A stretch of DNA of 64,000 nt from an uncultured delta proteobacterium (lineage in GTDB: Bacteria > Desulfobacterota > Binatia > Binatales > Binataceae). The stretch spans positions 992,001 to 1,056,000 of the forward strand of contig CAVXXK010000001.1 of assembly GCA_963765675.1 (NCBI GenBank), written 5' to 3'. The notes below the pieces were generated by a model. That model ran no database searches and had not been told where the DNA came from. It worked only from the letters and a program-made list of their open reading frames with translations. The translations under genes and the position numbers were made by a program. Shown one piece after another: positions 51,147 through 63,100 of the stretch; within the stretch, counting starts at the first letter, position 1, and the number at the start of each line of letters is the position of its first letter.

Positions 51147-52404
51147 ATGAATCCTCCTGATTCCACCTTCGACGCGATTATCGTCGGCGCGCGCGTAGCC
51201 GGAAGCGCGGTTGCGATCTCTCTGGCGCGCAGCCGGACTCAAGATCCTGCTGATCGACAAGGCGGCGTTTCCGTCCGATACGCTCTCGACACATATCGTC
51301 CTGGCCGGCGGCGCGAAGGTGCTGGCCCGGATGAACGCGCTGGAGCATCTCGAACGCGCCGGCGCGCGCCGCTACGAAAGGATGCGGATGCTGGGGCCCG
51401 GGTACGACTACGCTGTCGATCTGGCGGCTGATGGCGAAGATCTGCGCGGGTTCTGTTTCGGACGAATGCCGATGGACGCCGCGATGCTCGCGCTCGCGCG
51501 CGAGTCGGGCGCAGCGGTTCGCGAGCGCTTCAGGCTCACCGATCTGGTGATCGAGAACGGCGCGATCGCGGGAATCCGCGGCGAGGACGAGAGCGGCTCG
51601 CATGAATTTCGCGCAGCGCTCGTCATCGGAGCGGACGGGATGCGCAGCACGGTCGCGAAAATCGCGGAGGCGAAGCTCGGCGTCTTCGAGCGTACCGAGG
51701 TCCCATGCGCGCGCGCGTACTACTACTCGTACTATGAAGACGTAAGCCGCGAGCGCTTCGGCGACGATCTCGTGACCGAGCTCGACGCCGGACCCGGCCA
51801 GGGCGCGATCCTCTGCCGATGCGAGAACGATCGCGTGGTCGCGGCAGTCGCCTTCGACGCATCCCAGATGCATTCCTTCCGCACCGATCTGGACGGCAAT
51901 CTGAAGCGCGAGCTCGAACGTTCGTTCGTGGTTGGATCGCTAATCGAAGGCGGCCGCGCATCCGGAAAAATCTATTCGTCGGGAATGCTGCTCAACACTT
52001 ATCGCAAGCCGATCGCCGATGGGGCGCTGCTCGTTGGAGACGCGGGACTCCACGTCGATCCACTCTTCGGGCAGGGACATTCGCTCGCGCTGATGAGCGC
52101 CGAAATCGCGGGCGAGCTCGCGCCTGGATGGTTCTCGGCGCGAGAGGGCAGCGTCATCCGCGCCGCCGCGATGAGCGAATTCCTGCGCCGCCGGGATCGC
52201 CTGCTGATGCCCTACTATTCCTCCAGCGTCAGAACCTCTGGCGGCCTTCGCCACGATCCCACCGCGGACGCTGCGCATATGGTCGCGCAGCGCGAGACCT
52301 GGGCTGCGCGCGAGATGGCGGGCTTCGCACAGATGGCGTCAAGCTGCGGCTTTCCTTCGTTCCGGTTCGCGCGGATGCTTGCGCGGCAGGCGCGCGCCGC
52401 CTGA
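51147..52404 (+). CDS. FAD-dependent oxidoreductase (geranylgeranyl reductase-like), +1 frameshift near 51233
   Basis: DAIIVGARVAGS then LLIDKAAFPSDTLSTH in the next frame; IGADG, LVGDAG..DP..GQG. Confidence 0.87.
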
Positions 52405-52411
52405 GAGCCGC

Positions 52412-53236
52412 GTGGACGAGTTACTCGGACGCTTCCCATGCGTGGTCGAGCGGCCAGAGCCGCTCAAGTTCGCGTGGCCGATCATTCTCATCCCCGACTC
52501 GTTCACCACGGCGCGCCACCTGGGGGTTCTCCTCGGTTACTTCGCCACGATCGGATGGGAAGTTTACGCACCAGATCTGCGTTCCGTTATCGGAGCCGGT
52601 AAGACCCCGCCGCTCGCGGACTTTTCCTTCGTTGATCTGGTCGCGCTGGGTGCCGAGGCGATCGAGGCTCTGGGGCGCAGCGCGATCGTCGTTGGACACG
52701 GCGCCGGAGGATTGGCAGCACTCAAGCTGGCTGAGCATCCCGTCGTCAAAGCCGCAGTGGCGCTAGCGCCTCTCGTTCCCGGCTACCCGTCGTCATTGGT
52801 TTCCGGATTTGCCGCAAGGCTCTCGGCATGGCGGCGCGGAACGATCGATCCTCCCCGCGGGCGCACGCTGTTCGAATTCGTCGCCGACGCGGATCCGTTT
52901 CAGCGTGACGGGATCATCCGCGCGATGGAGCCGGAGAGCGCGAAGCTCGCTCTGGAGATCGCACGCGGCGAGGTCGCGCTCTCCGCTTCCGCCGCACCGC
53001 GGCTGATCGTCGCGGGAGACTCGGATATCTTCGCACCCATTGGTCAAATCGCCACACTCGCCGAATCGATCGGCGCGACGCTCGCGCAAGTTCCAGGGCG
53101 CGGCCACTGGCTTATCGGCGGCCGCGCACTCGAGCGCGCAATTGGGCTCACTCAACGCTTTCTGGTGCGGACGCTCGGCCAGGAATTGCTGCTGCTCTAT
53201 CCCGAGGAATGGAAAAACGAACCTGACGACGCCTGA
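52412..53236 (+). CDS. Alpha/beta-hydrolase fold protein lacking the catalytic Ser
   Basis: VYAPDLR, VVGHGAGG, G.SD, GRGHW. Confidence 0.8.
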   Translation: MDELLGRFPCVVERPEPLKFAWPIILIPDSFTTARHLGVLLGYFATIGWEVYAPDLRSVIGAGKTPPLADFSFVDLVALGAEAIEALGRSAIVVGHGAGGLAALKLAEHPVVKAAVALAPLVPGYPSSLVSGFAARLSAWRRGTIDPPRGRTLFEFVADADPFQRDGIIRAMEPESAKLALEIARGEVALSASAAPRLIVAGDSDIFAPIGQIATLAESIGATLAQVPGRGHWLIGGRALERAIGLTQRFLVRTLGQELLLLYPEEWKNEPDDA

Positions 53237-53326
53237 GTTCGTGAATCGTCCGAGACCAGGCCGCCGGTTGCGCGCTCGAGCGGATGCGGCGGATAATTCG
53301 CGCCGACATTCAGGAGCGGAAATGCG

Positions 53327-54610
53327 ATGGGCGTAATAAGGGATCAGTCTGAAAAATTATTCAACGGCGAGATCACGACTCGCCAGGTTCATCCGCTGAT
53401 GCCGACCGGAGAGTACGAGGAAGTCGCCGACGGCGTGATGTTCTACCGATGGTTCGCTAACGTCACGGCGATCAAGACCAGCGAGGGACTGGTGATGATC
53501 GACACGGGGGCGTACTTCAACCAGCAAGCGACGCTCGAGCTCCTGCGCAAGTTTTCGCCCGACCGCGTCAACACCGCGATCTACACGCATGGCCACGTCG
53601 ATCACGCGTGCGGCACGCCGGCGATTATGGAGGAAGCGCGCAGCCGCAACCTGGCGCGCCCGCGAATCGTCGGACAAAAAGGCGTCTCAGCCCGGTTCGA
53701 CCGCTACAAGCGGACCCAGGGCTACAACAACGTCATCAACACACGCCAGTTCAGCCGTCCATCGTCATTTCCAACTGAGTATGTTTATCCCGATACTTAC
53801 TTCGATAATCAGTTGAATGTAGTAGCAGGCGATCACAAGTTCGATTGCCATCACGCGCGCGGCGAGACCGACGATCACTGCTGGGTGTTTATTCCGCAAC
53901 GCAAAGTGCTATGCACCGGCGATCTGATTATCTGGGCCGCGCCCAACGCCGGCAATCCGCAGAAGGCGCAACGCTATGCGCGCGAATGGGCCGAGGCCCT
54001 GCGCACGATGGCGAAGCTGGGAGCGGAAGTTCTGCTGCCCGGTCATGGCTATCCGGTCTTTGGCGCGCTGCGCGTTCGGCGCGTGCTGAACGACACGGCG
54101 GAATTTCTGCAGGGCCTTTACGATCAGGCGATCGCCATGATGAACGCCGGCGCGTCGCTGGACCAGGTGATTCATTCGGTCAAGCCGCCGGCAAATCTGG
54201 CCGACAAGCCTTATCTGCAGCCGGTCTATGACGACCCGGAATTTATCGTGCGCAATATCTGGCGGCTCGAAGGCGGATGGTACGACGGCACGCCGTCGCA
54301 TCTGAAGCCCGCGACCGAAGCCGCGCGCGCGCAGGAGATCGCGTCGCTCGCAGGCGGCGTGGACAAGGTGGTCGCGCGCGCACTCGAGAAGCTGGGCGCC
54401 GGCGATCTCGCGCTGGCGGCGCACCTGGCGGATTGGGCCGTCGGCGCGGCGCCCGGAGACAAATCCGCGCATACGGCCCGCTCGAAGATCTATCAGGCGC
54501 GTGCCGACGCCGAGAGCTCGACGATGGCGCACGGGATTTTCCATTCGACCGCGCTCGAATCAGCGAAGAAGGCGGATATCGCTCCGCCAGAAGACAAGCG
54601 CAGCTTCTGA
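53327..54610 (+). CDS. Alkyl-sulfatase-family MBL hydrolase
   Basis: THGHVDH, GETDD, PNAGNPQK..RY, PGHG, GWYDG.P..LKP. Confidence 0.9.
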   Translation: MGVIRDQSEKLFNGEITTRQVHPLMPTGEYEEVADGVMFYRWFANVTAIKTSEGLVMIDTGAYFNQQATLELLRKFSPDRVNTAIYTHGHVDHACGTPAIMEEARSRNLARPRIVGQKGVSARFDRYKRTQGYNNVINTRQFSRPSSFPTEYVYPDTYFDNQLNVVAGDHKFDCHHARGETDDHCWVFIPQRKVLCTGDLIIWAAPNAGNPQKAQRYAREWAEALRTMAKLGAEVLLPGHGYPVFGALRVRRVLNDTAEFLQGLYDQAIAMMNAGASLDQVIHSVKPPANLADKPYLQPVYDDPEFIVRNIWRLEGGWYDGTPSHLKPATEAARAQEIASLAGGVDKVVARALEKLGAGDLALAAHLADWAVGAAPGDKSAHTARSKIYQARADAESSTMAHGIFHSTALESAKKADIAPPEDKRSF

Positions 54611-54654
54611 GCGCCGCCGCACCCTTGCTCTGCGAAAGCCTCGCGGAGAAATGC

Positions 54655-55149
54655 CTAACCGTCGTCGTCGTGATGAATGACGTGCTGCACACCAATCGGC
54701 AGGTCGCGCAGCGCGGTGCGCAGGAACGAAGGATAAACTCGCGCACCAGCCAGCTCCTCGAACCGCCACCATCGGAAAGTATTTTTCTGCCCGTCGGATT
54801 CCTCGATCGTGAATTCGTCCGTGGTCGATGGCACCGTGCTTTCGGGAATCGACACCAGGTAGTAGAGACAGATCTCGTGCACCTGATCGGGATTCGAAGC
54901 CCAGAAAGTCTCGACTACCCACACTAGCCGTTCGATTTGCACCGAGACCTTCAGCTCTTCGCTCATCTCACGCACGAGCGCCGTTTCGGACGACTCGCCG
55001 AGCTCGACTCGTCCACCCGGCACGTACCAGAGGCGGTTTGAGTTGTCGCGGCAGAGCAGAACGCAGCCGTCGCGAAGCAGGATCGCCGCGGCCCGATATT
55101 GGAACAGCCACGATTCGTCGCGCAGCGTGATCATCCGTCGAGTTGCCAT
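54655..55149 (-). CDS. NUDIX hydrolase
   Basis: PGGRVELGESSETALVREMSEEL Nudix box. Confidence 0.92.
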   Translation of the reverse strand: MATRRMITLRDESWLFQYRAAAILLRDGCVLLCRDNSNRLWYVPGGRVELGESSETALVREMSEELKVSVQIERLVWVVETFWASNPDQVHEICLYYLVSIPESTVPSTTDEFTIEESDGQKNTFRWWRFEELAGARVYPSFLRTALRDLPIGVQHVIHHDDDG

Positions 55150-55199
55150 GGCGATCTCCCTATCACGAAACTCGCGGCGGCGGCGTGAGCTTGCCGAGA

Positions 55200-55408
55200 A
55201 TTGCCGGAACGCGTGCCACGGAGATCGCGGCGCGGCCGAATGCGCGGCCCAGCTCGAAGTTGAGCGCGGACAATTCTTCCAAACCTACTCTTTCGTCGGC
55301 TGTTGCTGCGAGCAGCCTGGCGCGGAAACCGGCCGGGTAAGGATAGGTCCGGAAATGGGTCGCGCGGGCGGGCGGGCGCTTACGTTCATCTATATTCACG
55401 ATCGCCAC
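55200..55408 (-). pseudogene. Probable internal fragment of anhydro-N-acetylmuramic acid kinase (AnmK)
   Basis: VAIVNID...TYPYPAGFRARLL...LEELSALNFELGRAFGRAA resembles the AnmK N-domain; SGTS.DG motif and C-terminal part are absent. Confidence 0.6.
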
Positions 55409-55424
55409 TCCGGCGCGCCCGCGT

Positions 55425-56684
55425 TCAGTCTTTTTCGCGTTCATCGATCTGCTTGCGCTCGTCTTCGGAAATCTCTTCGGCCTCGTCGTCGGGGCCGCGA
55501 TTCAACTTCAGCATCTCGATTCCCGCCGCGATCAGCCGCCATCCCGCCGGAATTTCCAGCGAGCCGGTATCGTCACCCGCTTCCAGCTCGATGATGACCT
55601 TGCGGCCGCCGTGCCACTGCACCAGCAGCGGTCGATGCCCGATCTGCCGGCCGGTTGGCGGATCGATCGCAAAGTCGCCGAGCATCGTGGTCGCGCGCAA
55701 ATCCGAGAACGCCGCACGAAGGCGAGATTGATCGAGCGAGCCGGCCGCTTCGAGCGCCGCGCCGGCAAGCATCGCGGCCGCATACGCCTGCGCGGCGGTG
55801 TAATCAGGCTGTGCGACTCCGGCCTCGCGAAACATTCGCATCGCGAACTCGCGCGGCGCGGGGCCAAGGCTGGGAGTGACTTTGGAATCGGCCTCCCAAT
55901 GACTTGGGCCGACGATTCCTTCGGCGCTATCGCCAAGATCGTCGTGAAAGCGCGCGACTCCGGCGGCAACGCATGCGAGCACCGGAATGTTGAGCCGCGC
56001 GTCTGCCGTGACGGCGCGCATCACGGCGAGGTCGTGTTCGTAGCTGCCTGCGCTGACCAGTACGTTCACGCGGTTGCGGCGCAGCGCGGGAAACAGCGCG
56101 TCGGGTGTGTGGTAGGAATCGAACCTGCCGTTCCATTTCACCCGCACGCGAACTCCGCGGCGTCGCGCTATGCGCTCGCGCGCGGCGTTCTCGATTCCGA
56201 CCGCGACCGCGCGTGCAAAAGGAGAGCCGGTTGCGACTATCGCCATCCGTTTGCGCCAGAATTTCAGCGAGGTGAGCAGCCGAACGAAGCCGGTCAGATA
56301 TTCGCTGGCGGGAGACGCGACGCCCACGATCATTTTGTAACCGGATTCGTAAAGCGAATCGGCGGCGCCGCCTTGATTGATAAACACGCGTCCGGAGGCT
56401 TCCACGATCGGAGCTGCAGCGGCGGTGAGATCGCTCGAGTAAGGGCCGAGCAGAAGGTCGGCTCTATTTTCGGCGACGAGCGCCCGATAAATTTCGGCGC
56501 ATCGCGCCGGATCGCTTTGATCGTCCACGCAGTCGAGCGCGATTTCCGCGCGCTCACCGCCCAGCCGCACACCGCCGGCCGCATTGGTATCCGCGACGAA
56601 CAGGCGCAGCGCGGCGCCGGCCTGCCGGCCCATCGCGGCATATTTTCCGCTCAGCGCGAGCGACAGGCCGAGAGTGATTTTCAC
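55425..56684 (-). CDS. LivK/AmiC-type binding-fold protein without a signal peptide
   Basis: LGLSLALSGKYA..G, DDQSDP, LLGPYSS, QW motif; begins directly at the mature-domain beta strand. Confidence 0.85.
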   Translation of the reverse strand: MKITLGLSLALSGKYAAMGRQAGAALRLFVADTNAAGGVRLGGERAEIALDCVDDQSDPARCAEIYRALVAENRADLLLGPYSSDLTAAAAPIVEASGRVFINQGGAADSLYESGYKMIVGVASPASEYLTGFVRLLTSLKFWRKRMAIVATGSPFARAVAVGIENAARERIARRRGVRVRVKWNGRFDSYHTPDALFPALRRNRVNVLVSAGSYEHDLAVMRAVTADARLNIPVLACVAAGVARFHDDLGDSAEGIVGPSHWEADSKVTPSLGPAPREFAMRMFREAGVAQPDYTAAQAYAAAMLAGAALEAAGSLDQSRLRAAFSDLRATTMLGDFAIDPPTGRQIGHRPLLVQWHGGRKVIIELEAGDDTGSLEIPAGWRLIAAGIEMLKLNRGPDDEAEEISEDERKQIDEREKD

Positions 56685-56708
56685 GGTGATGGCCGCAGTG
56701 CGTGCGCG

Positions 56709-57561
56709 TCAGGCCGCGACCTCGGCGATACCGCCCTTGATGACAACCTGATTGTTGGCATTGAAGGTCTCGAACGCGAACGCCGCGCGGCCGTCGCGCT
56801 CGCCGTCGCGCCAGACTTTGGTCGTGATCGTTTCGCCTGGGCGGACAGGACGCGAGAATCTGACCGCCAGGCGTTTCAGCCGTCCGGGATCGCCGGCGCA
56901 CAATTTGTCGATCACGACTTTCGAGGTAAACGCCATCGTGCACAGGCCATGCACGATAATTCCCGGCAGCCCCGCCATTTTGGCGATATTTTCGTCAACG
57001 TGAATCGGGTTGCGATCGCCCGAGGCCACCGCGTATCTGACGGTCTGATCGGGATCGATTGTTCTGCGCCACGCTAAACAGCGGTTCTCCGCGTTCAACC
57101 TCGACCGCGCGGGCTTCTGCGAGCGCGGCGCGCCGGCCGCCGCCGCGAATGAAGACGCTGAACACGATTCTTTGCACCGACTCGCCCTTCTGATTTTCCG
57201 CGCGCAGCTCGACCGCCATCGTTTCGCCGCTGGGCTTGGTCTCGATCGAAATAATTTTCGCGCGCGAGGTGATCCTGTCGCCGGGCCGAATCGGCGCGAG
57301 GAATTGCATCTCCTGCTCGCCATGCACCAGGCGCAGGAGGTCGGCGCCGACTTCCGGATCCGTCACGGCGCCCATCACCGAGTTCCAAGTGACGACGACG
57401 CCGAACATCGGCGGCGCGATGATTCCTCCCGGACGGCTCGCGTCGAAAAACACGGGGTTGTCTTCGTTGTAAGCGCGGGCGTACGCGTTAATCGCATCCG
57501 CGGTGACGTCACTCGTGATCGGCGGATACTCGCGGCCTACGCAGGCCTTGTTCAAAGGCAT
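56709..57561 (-). CDS. Double-hotdog MaoC-family dehydratase, +1 frameshift near 57062
   Basis: APPMF, LVHGEQE..F..PIRPGD and YAVASGDRNPIH..GIIVHGLCT..RFSRPV; removing one t of 57062-57063 joins the frames. Confidence 0.88.
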
Positions 57562-57612
57562 CGGATGCTCCCGTTTCGTGAGAGAAGATTGCGGCGCTTC
57601 TCGCGGCGATGG

Positions 57613-58740
<1,128 letters not shown>

Positions 58741-58760
58741 AATCGCAGCGGTTGGAGTGA

Positions 58761-59012
58761 TCAGTTCGCGCGGAAGCGTTCCGCCAGCAGGCGCGAGAAA
58801 CGCGGAAGATAAATCAAGTCGAAGGTCTCTTCCTTGCCGGGAAACATCGCGACCGCCGCGCCCTTGAGCGCGATCACGTGCTGCCAGGCCTGTTCCAGCG
58901 TCAGATCCTGATCCTGTGCGAGCGTGGCGAAAGTCAGGTCGACCAGAAAGCGCAGACGCCGAAGCATCTTGTCTTCCAGCTCGAGCGCGGCTTTGCGATT
59001 GTCGTCGGGCAT
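58761..59012 (-). CDS. Small helical hypothetical protein
   Basis: 83 aa, GGAG RBS, FPGKEETFDLIY.PRF; co-oriented with nagA. Confidence 0.75.
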   Translation of the reverse strand: MPDDNRKAALELEDKMLRRLRFLVDLTFATLAQDQDLTLEQAWQHVIALKGAAVAMFPGKEETFDLIYLPRFSRLLAERFRAN

Positions 59013-59178
59013 CGCGATGCTCCGTAAGAATCGCGGCACGGGCGCTCGCGATCTGCTTTAACCGTAGCCGGAACGCACCGCTTCGGGCAATCGTTTGATT
59101 GCCAGTGGCAGCGCTGCAACTGCGCGGTCCAAGGCGTACTTGTCTCGGCCCCAACGCGATGACAAGTTCTTACGCACG

Positions 59179-60156
59179 ATGGCGCAGCAGCGAATCAAGA
59201 GCAGCTTCATCTACCTGGCCAACGCGGTAAACGACCTGCGCGGCAATTGGCTGAATCTTGCGGTCGTGCTCGCGCCACTGATCGTGCTCGCGTCGATTTG
59301 CCTGCTGCCCGAGGCGCTCAACCTGCAGCATTATTTCGCCGGCTCGCTCGGAGGCGGAGGAACGACCGTTGGCTACTTCCTCGCGCAGGAGCCATACCAT
59401 CCGTCCACGAATACGACGCCCGCGCCTTATCCCGAATGGCTGATCTATGCGATGCGGGGGATATTTCTGCTGATATCGCTGGTTGCCGGGCTTCTGATAC
59501 TGGTCGAGTTGAAGCGAATTCAAACCGGCGAACGCGCTTCGGGGATAATCGGAGAAACGATCGCGGTTTACGCAAGCGGCGGACGGCTCGCGCTCGCGTA
59601 TCTGTGGATCGCGTTCCTCCAGTACCTCGCTCCAGGTGTCGCGATAGCGGTGCTCAAACTAAATCTGGCGACTGACTATCCGGTCTTGTCGGTGCTGATC
59701 TCGATCCTGCGGCTGGCGCTGCTGATTGGAGCGGGGATTGTTTACCTGTGGCTGTATTTCGCCGAGTACGCGCTGGTGTTCGACGGCGAGCACAGTTTTC
59801 ATTCGCTGCTGTTCAGCCGCGACCTGATGCGCAAGCGGTTTTATACGGTCGCATCCCGAATCGTGGTTTTTCTGGCGGTGTGGTCCGGTTACAATTCCTG
59901 GGCCTTCGGCGCATTCGTGATCGCGAGCTTGCTGCTCGGACTGGTCGCGCAGTTGACCGGCGTGGTTTCGACGGTCGTGATTCTTCTGGACCTGATGGGC
60001 TTGACCGTCAGTCTCGCGACCACGGCGTTTTTCATCGCGGCGGGATTGCGGTTGTACCAGGATTTGCTTGCGATCGCGCGTGCGGGCAGTAGCGCTCAGC
60101 CAAATTCGAGCGCCGCGCTTCAGGCGACGGTGCCGCTGAGCGGCGCTTCGGCCTGA
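59179..60156 (+). CDS. Multi-pass membrane hypothetical protein
   Basis: About 6-7 hydrophobic segments; SL..SRDLMRKR loop. Confidence 0.75.
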   Translation: MAQQRIKSSFIYLANAVNDLRGNWLNLAVVLAPLIVLASICLLPEALNLQHYFAGSLGGGGTTVGYFLAQEPYHPSTNTTPAPYPEWLIYAMRGIFLLISLVAGLLILVELKRIQTGERASGIIGETIAVYASGGRLALAYLWIAFLQYLAPGVAIAVLKLNLATDYPVLSVLISILRLALLIGAGIVYLWLYFAEYALVFDGEHSFHSLLFSRDLMRKRFYTVASRIVVFLAVWSGYNSWAFGAFVIASLLLGLVAQLTGVVSTVVILLDLMGLTVSLATTAFFIAAGLRLYQDLLAIARAGSSAQPNSSAALQATVPLSGASA

Positions 60157-60163
60157 TCAGTCC

Positions 60164-63100
60164 TCAATTCTTCTCAGCCGCGGCAACGCGGAAGATTGCG
60201 CGTGCGGCGACATGAACCGCCGGCAGCGAAATCGTCTGCATCGTTGCGATCTCCGCCAGCAGCCGTTCGAGGTCCGCAAATTCGCGCGGCCGCTCGCTGG
60301 CAAGACGCTGGATCGCGGCCGCGGCTCCGCCGGCTTCGAGCGCAAGGTTGGTCAGTTGCAAACGACCCTCGCGTAACTCGACCGCCAGCTCCTGCGCGGC
60401 ACGCCGGCGCCAGCGATCTTCATCATCGAAATTGACCACAGTCGCTTCCAGCCGCGAGAAGTCCAGATGCGCGCTCACACCGAAATAGGCTTCTGCAACT
60501 CGCTCGGCCGGTAACTTGCGCGCGAGCGCGACGCTCAGCACGTTCAACAGATGATCGGCAAACGCCAAGCGCGCCAGGCCGTGCGCGAGTTCACCGTCCG
60601 CGACCGTGGCGCGCAAGTCGCGATAAATCTGCTCGAAACGATCGCGCTCTCCGGCCTGGAGAAACTCCTCAAAGCTGGAACTCAGGCTCTCGAATGCGGG
60701 ACGGAAGCGGCGCGCCACGTCGTCCAGCGCCGCGTCGGGCGGAAAATTTCTGAGCGCCCACGCCGAAGCCGCCCCCGCCGCCTTTTCGAGCGCGAAAAAT
60801 CCGCCGGTCTCGGCGTCGGCACTCGCGGTGGCGGTGACCGTGCGAATCTGCTCTGCTCGCGCCGACACCGAGAGCACCTCGGACGCGATCAGCCATGCGT
60901 GAACCGCGGCTTCCGCGCTGACCCCATGGTCGCGGACGATTCCGAACACGAACGTCGAACCCATCAAGTCCACCATCTCGTTTACCAGCCGCGTGGCAAT
61001 AAGCTCACGGCGCAGGCGATGGTTGGGAATTGATTTGCTGAAACGCTCGGCGATCGACGGCGGAAAATACGGAACGAGAAAACGATCGACCAGGTGCGGA
61101 TCTGTGGTCAGTGCCGCGTCTTCGAGCCGCATCACCAGATCGATCTTGGTGAAAGCGGTGATAAGCGCAAGTTCGGGACGGACGAGGCCGGCGAAGCGCG
61201 CATGCCGGTCGTGCAAATCCTCGCGTGTGGGCAGCGCCTCCTCATGGCGGCTCAAGAGGCCGCGCTCTTCGATCGCCTGCATGTGCTCGCGGAATGCATC
61301 GACGCGAGTGCGGCTGCGAATCTGTTCGAGCGAGAGCAGCAGCGCCTGATCGCGATTGTCGCGCAGGACGCTTTGCGCAACATCGTCGGCGAGGCCGGCC
61401 AGAGTCCGGTTGCGCTCGTCGAAGGAGAGCGCGCCGCGAGCGACCTCGGGATCGAGCAGAATCTTGATATTCACCTCGTGGTCCGAGGTGTCGACGCCGG
61501 CGGAGTTGTCGATTGCGTCGGTATTGATGCGTCCGCCGGCGAGCGCAAACTCGATGCGCGCCTTCTGGGTGAAGCCCAAGTTACCGCCCTCGATCGCGAT
61601 CTTCGCGCGCAACTCGGCGCCCGTGATCCGGCATCCGTCATTGGCGTGGTCGCCAACCTCTTCATCGGTCTCGTCCGACGCGCGCACGTAGGTGCCGATA
61701 CCGCCGTTGTAGAGCATGTCCACCGGAGCGCGAAGAATCGTACGGACAAGGCTCTCGCCATCGAGCGCCTCATCGTCGACGCCGAGTGCGGCGCGCGCTT
61801 GCGGGCTCAGCTCGATCCGCTTCTGTCCGCGTCGCCATACGCCTCCGCCCTTGCTGATCAGCGCAGGATTGTAATCCGCCCACGCCGAGCGCGGCAGCTC
61901 GTAGAGCCGATGCCGCTCGTCGAAGCTCACGGCAGGATCAGGCGTCGGATCTATAAAGATGTGGCGATGATCAAACGCGGCGATGAGCGCAAGATTGCGC
62001 GAGCGCAACAGTCCGTTGCCGAACACGTCGCCTGACATGTCGCCGATTCCGATCATGGTGATCGGCTGGCCGCGGTCGGGGTCGCGGCCGATCTCGCGCA
62101 GATGCCGCCGCGCGGATTCCCATGCGCCGCGCGCAGTGATTCCCATCGCCTTGTGATCGAAACCGTGCTCGCCGCCCGACGCGAACGCGTCGCCGAGCCA
62201 GAAGCCGCGCTCGAGCGCGATCGTGTTTGCGATATCCGAAAACGCGGCCGTTCCCTTATCGGCCGCGACCACAAGGTAGGGACCGTCGGTATCGAGCACC
62301 TTGACCCGCGGTGGATGCACAGTGCCGTGATCGGTGCGATTGTCGGTCAAGTCGAGCATCGCGCACATCAGCGTCTTGTACGCTTCGACTCCCGGAGCGG
62401 TATTTTCGGTGGCGCGTTTGACGATAAATCCGCCTTTGGAACCGATCGGTACGATGATGGCGTTTTTCACCGTCTGGGTTTTCATTAACCCGAGAATTTC
62501 GGTACGGAAGTCGTCGAGGCGATCGCTGAAACGGATTCCTCCGCGCGAGACCTTGCCGGCGCGAAGATGGCATCCTTCCATCCGCGGGCTGTTGACGTGA
62601 ATCTCGTAAAGCGGCGGGGTGTCTGGCAAACCGGCGATTTTGCCGCTTTCGAATTTAAGCGCGATATAAGGATCGGGAGCCGGCATGGGGCAGAAAAAAT
62701 TCGTGCGTACCGTTGCCTCGATCATCGCGAGCAGCATGCGGGCCGCGCGATCGTCGGCGATATTTTCGATCGAGCTGAGTTGATCCAGGTATGCGGCGCG
62801 CAGTTCGGCGGTCTTCGCGGGATCATCTTCGTGATCAGGATCAAGCCGCGCGACGAATAAGTCGAACATCGTGCGCGAGAGCGCGGGAAAGTTAAGCAGC
62901 AGACGCCGCAGGGCGGGACGCGCTGGGGCAAGCTCCATCTGGAACGCGGCTTCCAAATACGCGCGCAGCAATGCAGCATCGCGCCATTTGAGTCCCGCTG
63001 AGACTACGAGTGCGTTCAGAGGATCGTCTTCAGCCAGTCCGGCGCGCACCGCGGCGATCGCGTCGGCAATCGTTAGCGCACCCGGAGATTTCAGCAGCGG

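Noticed and set aside
55163-55444. 93-aa ORF as a functional gene
   Set aside because: Better explained as an anmK fragment with an incidental start and stop
56684-56711. maoC TGA is in frame with the downstream binding protein (possible Sec readthrough fusion)
   Set aside because: One-in-three chance event, no convincing SECIS hairpin, and both domains are complete on their own
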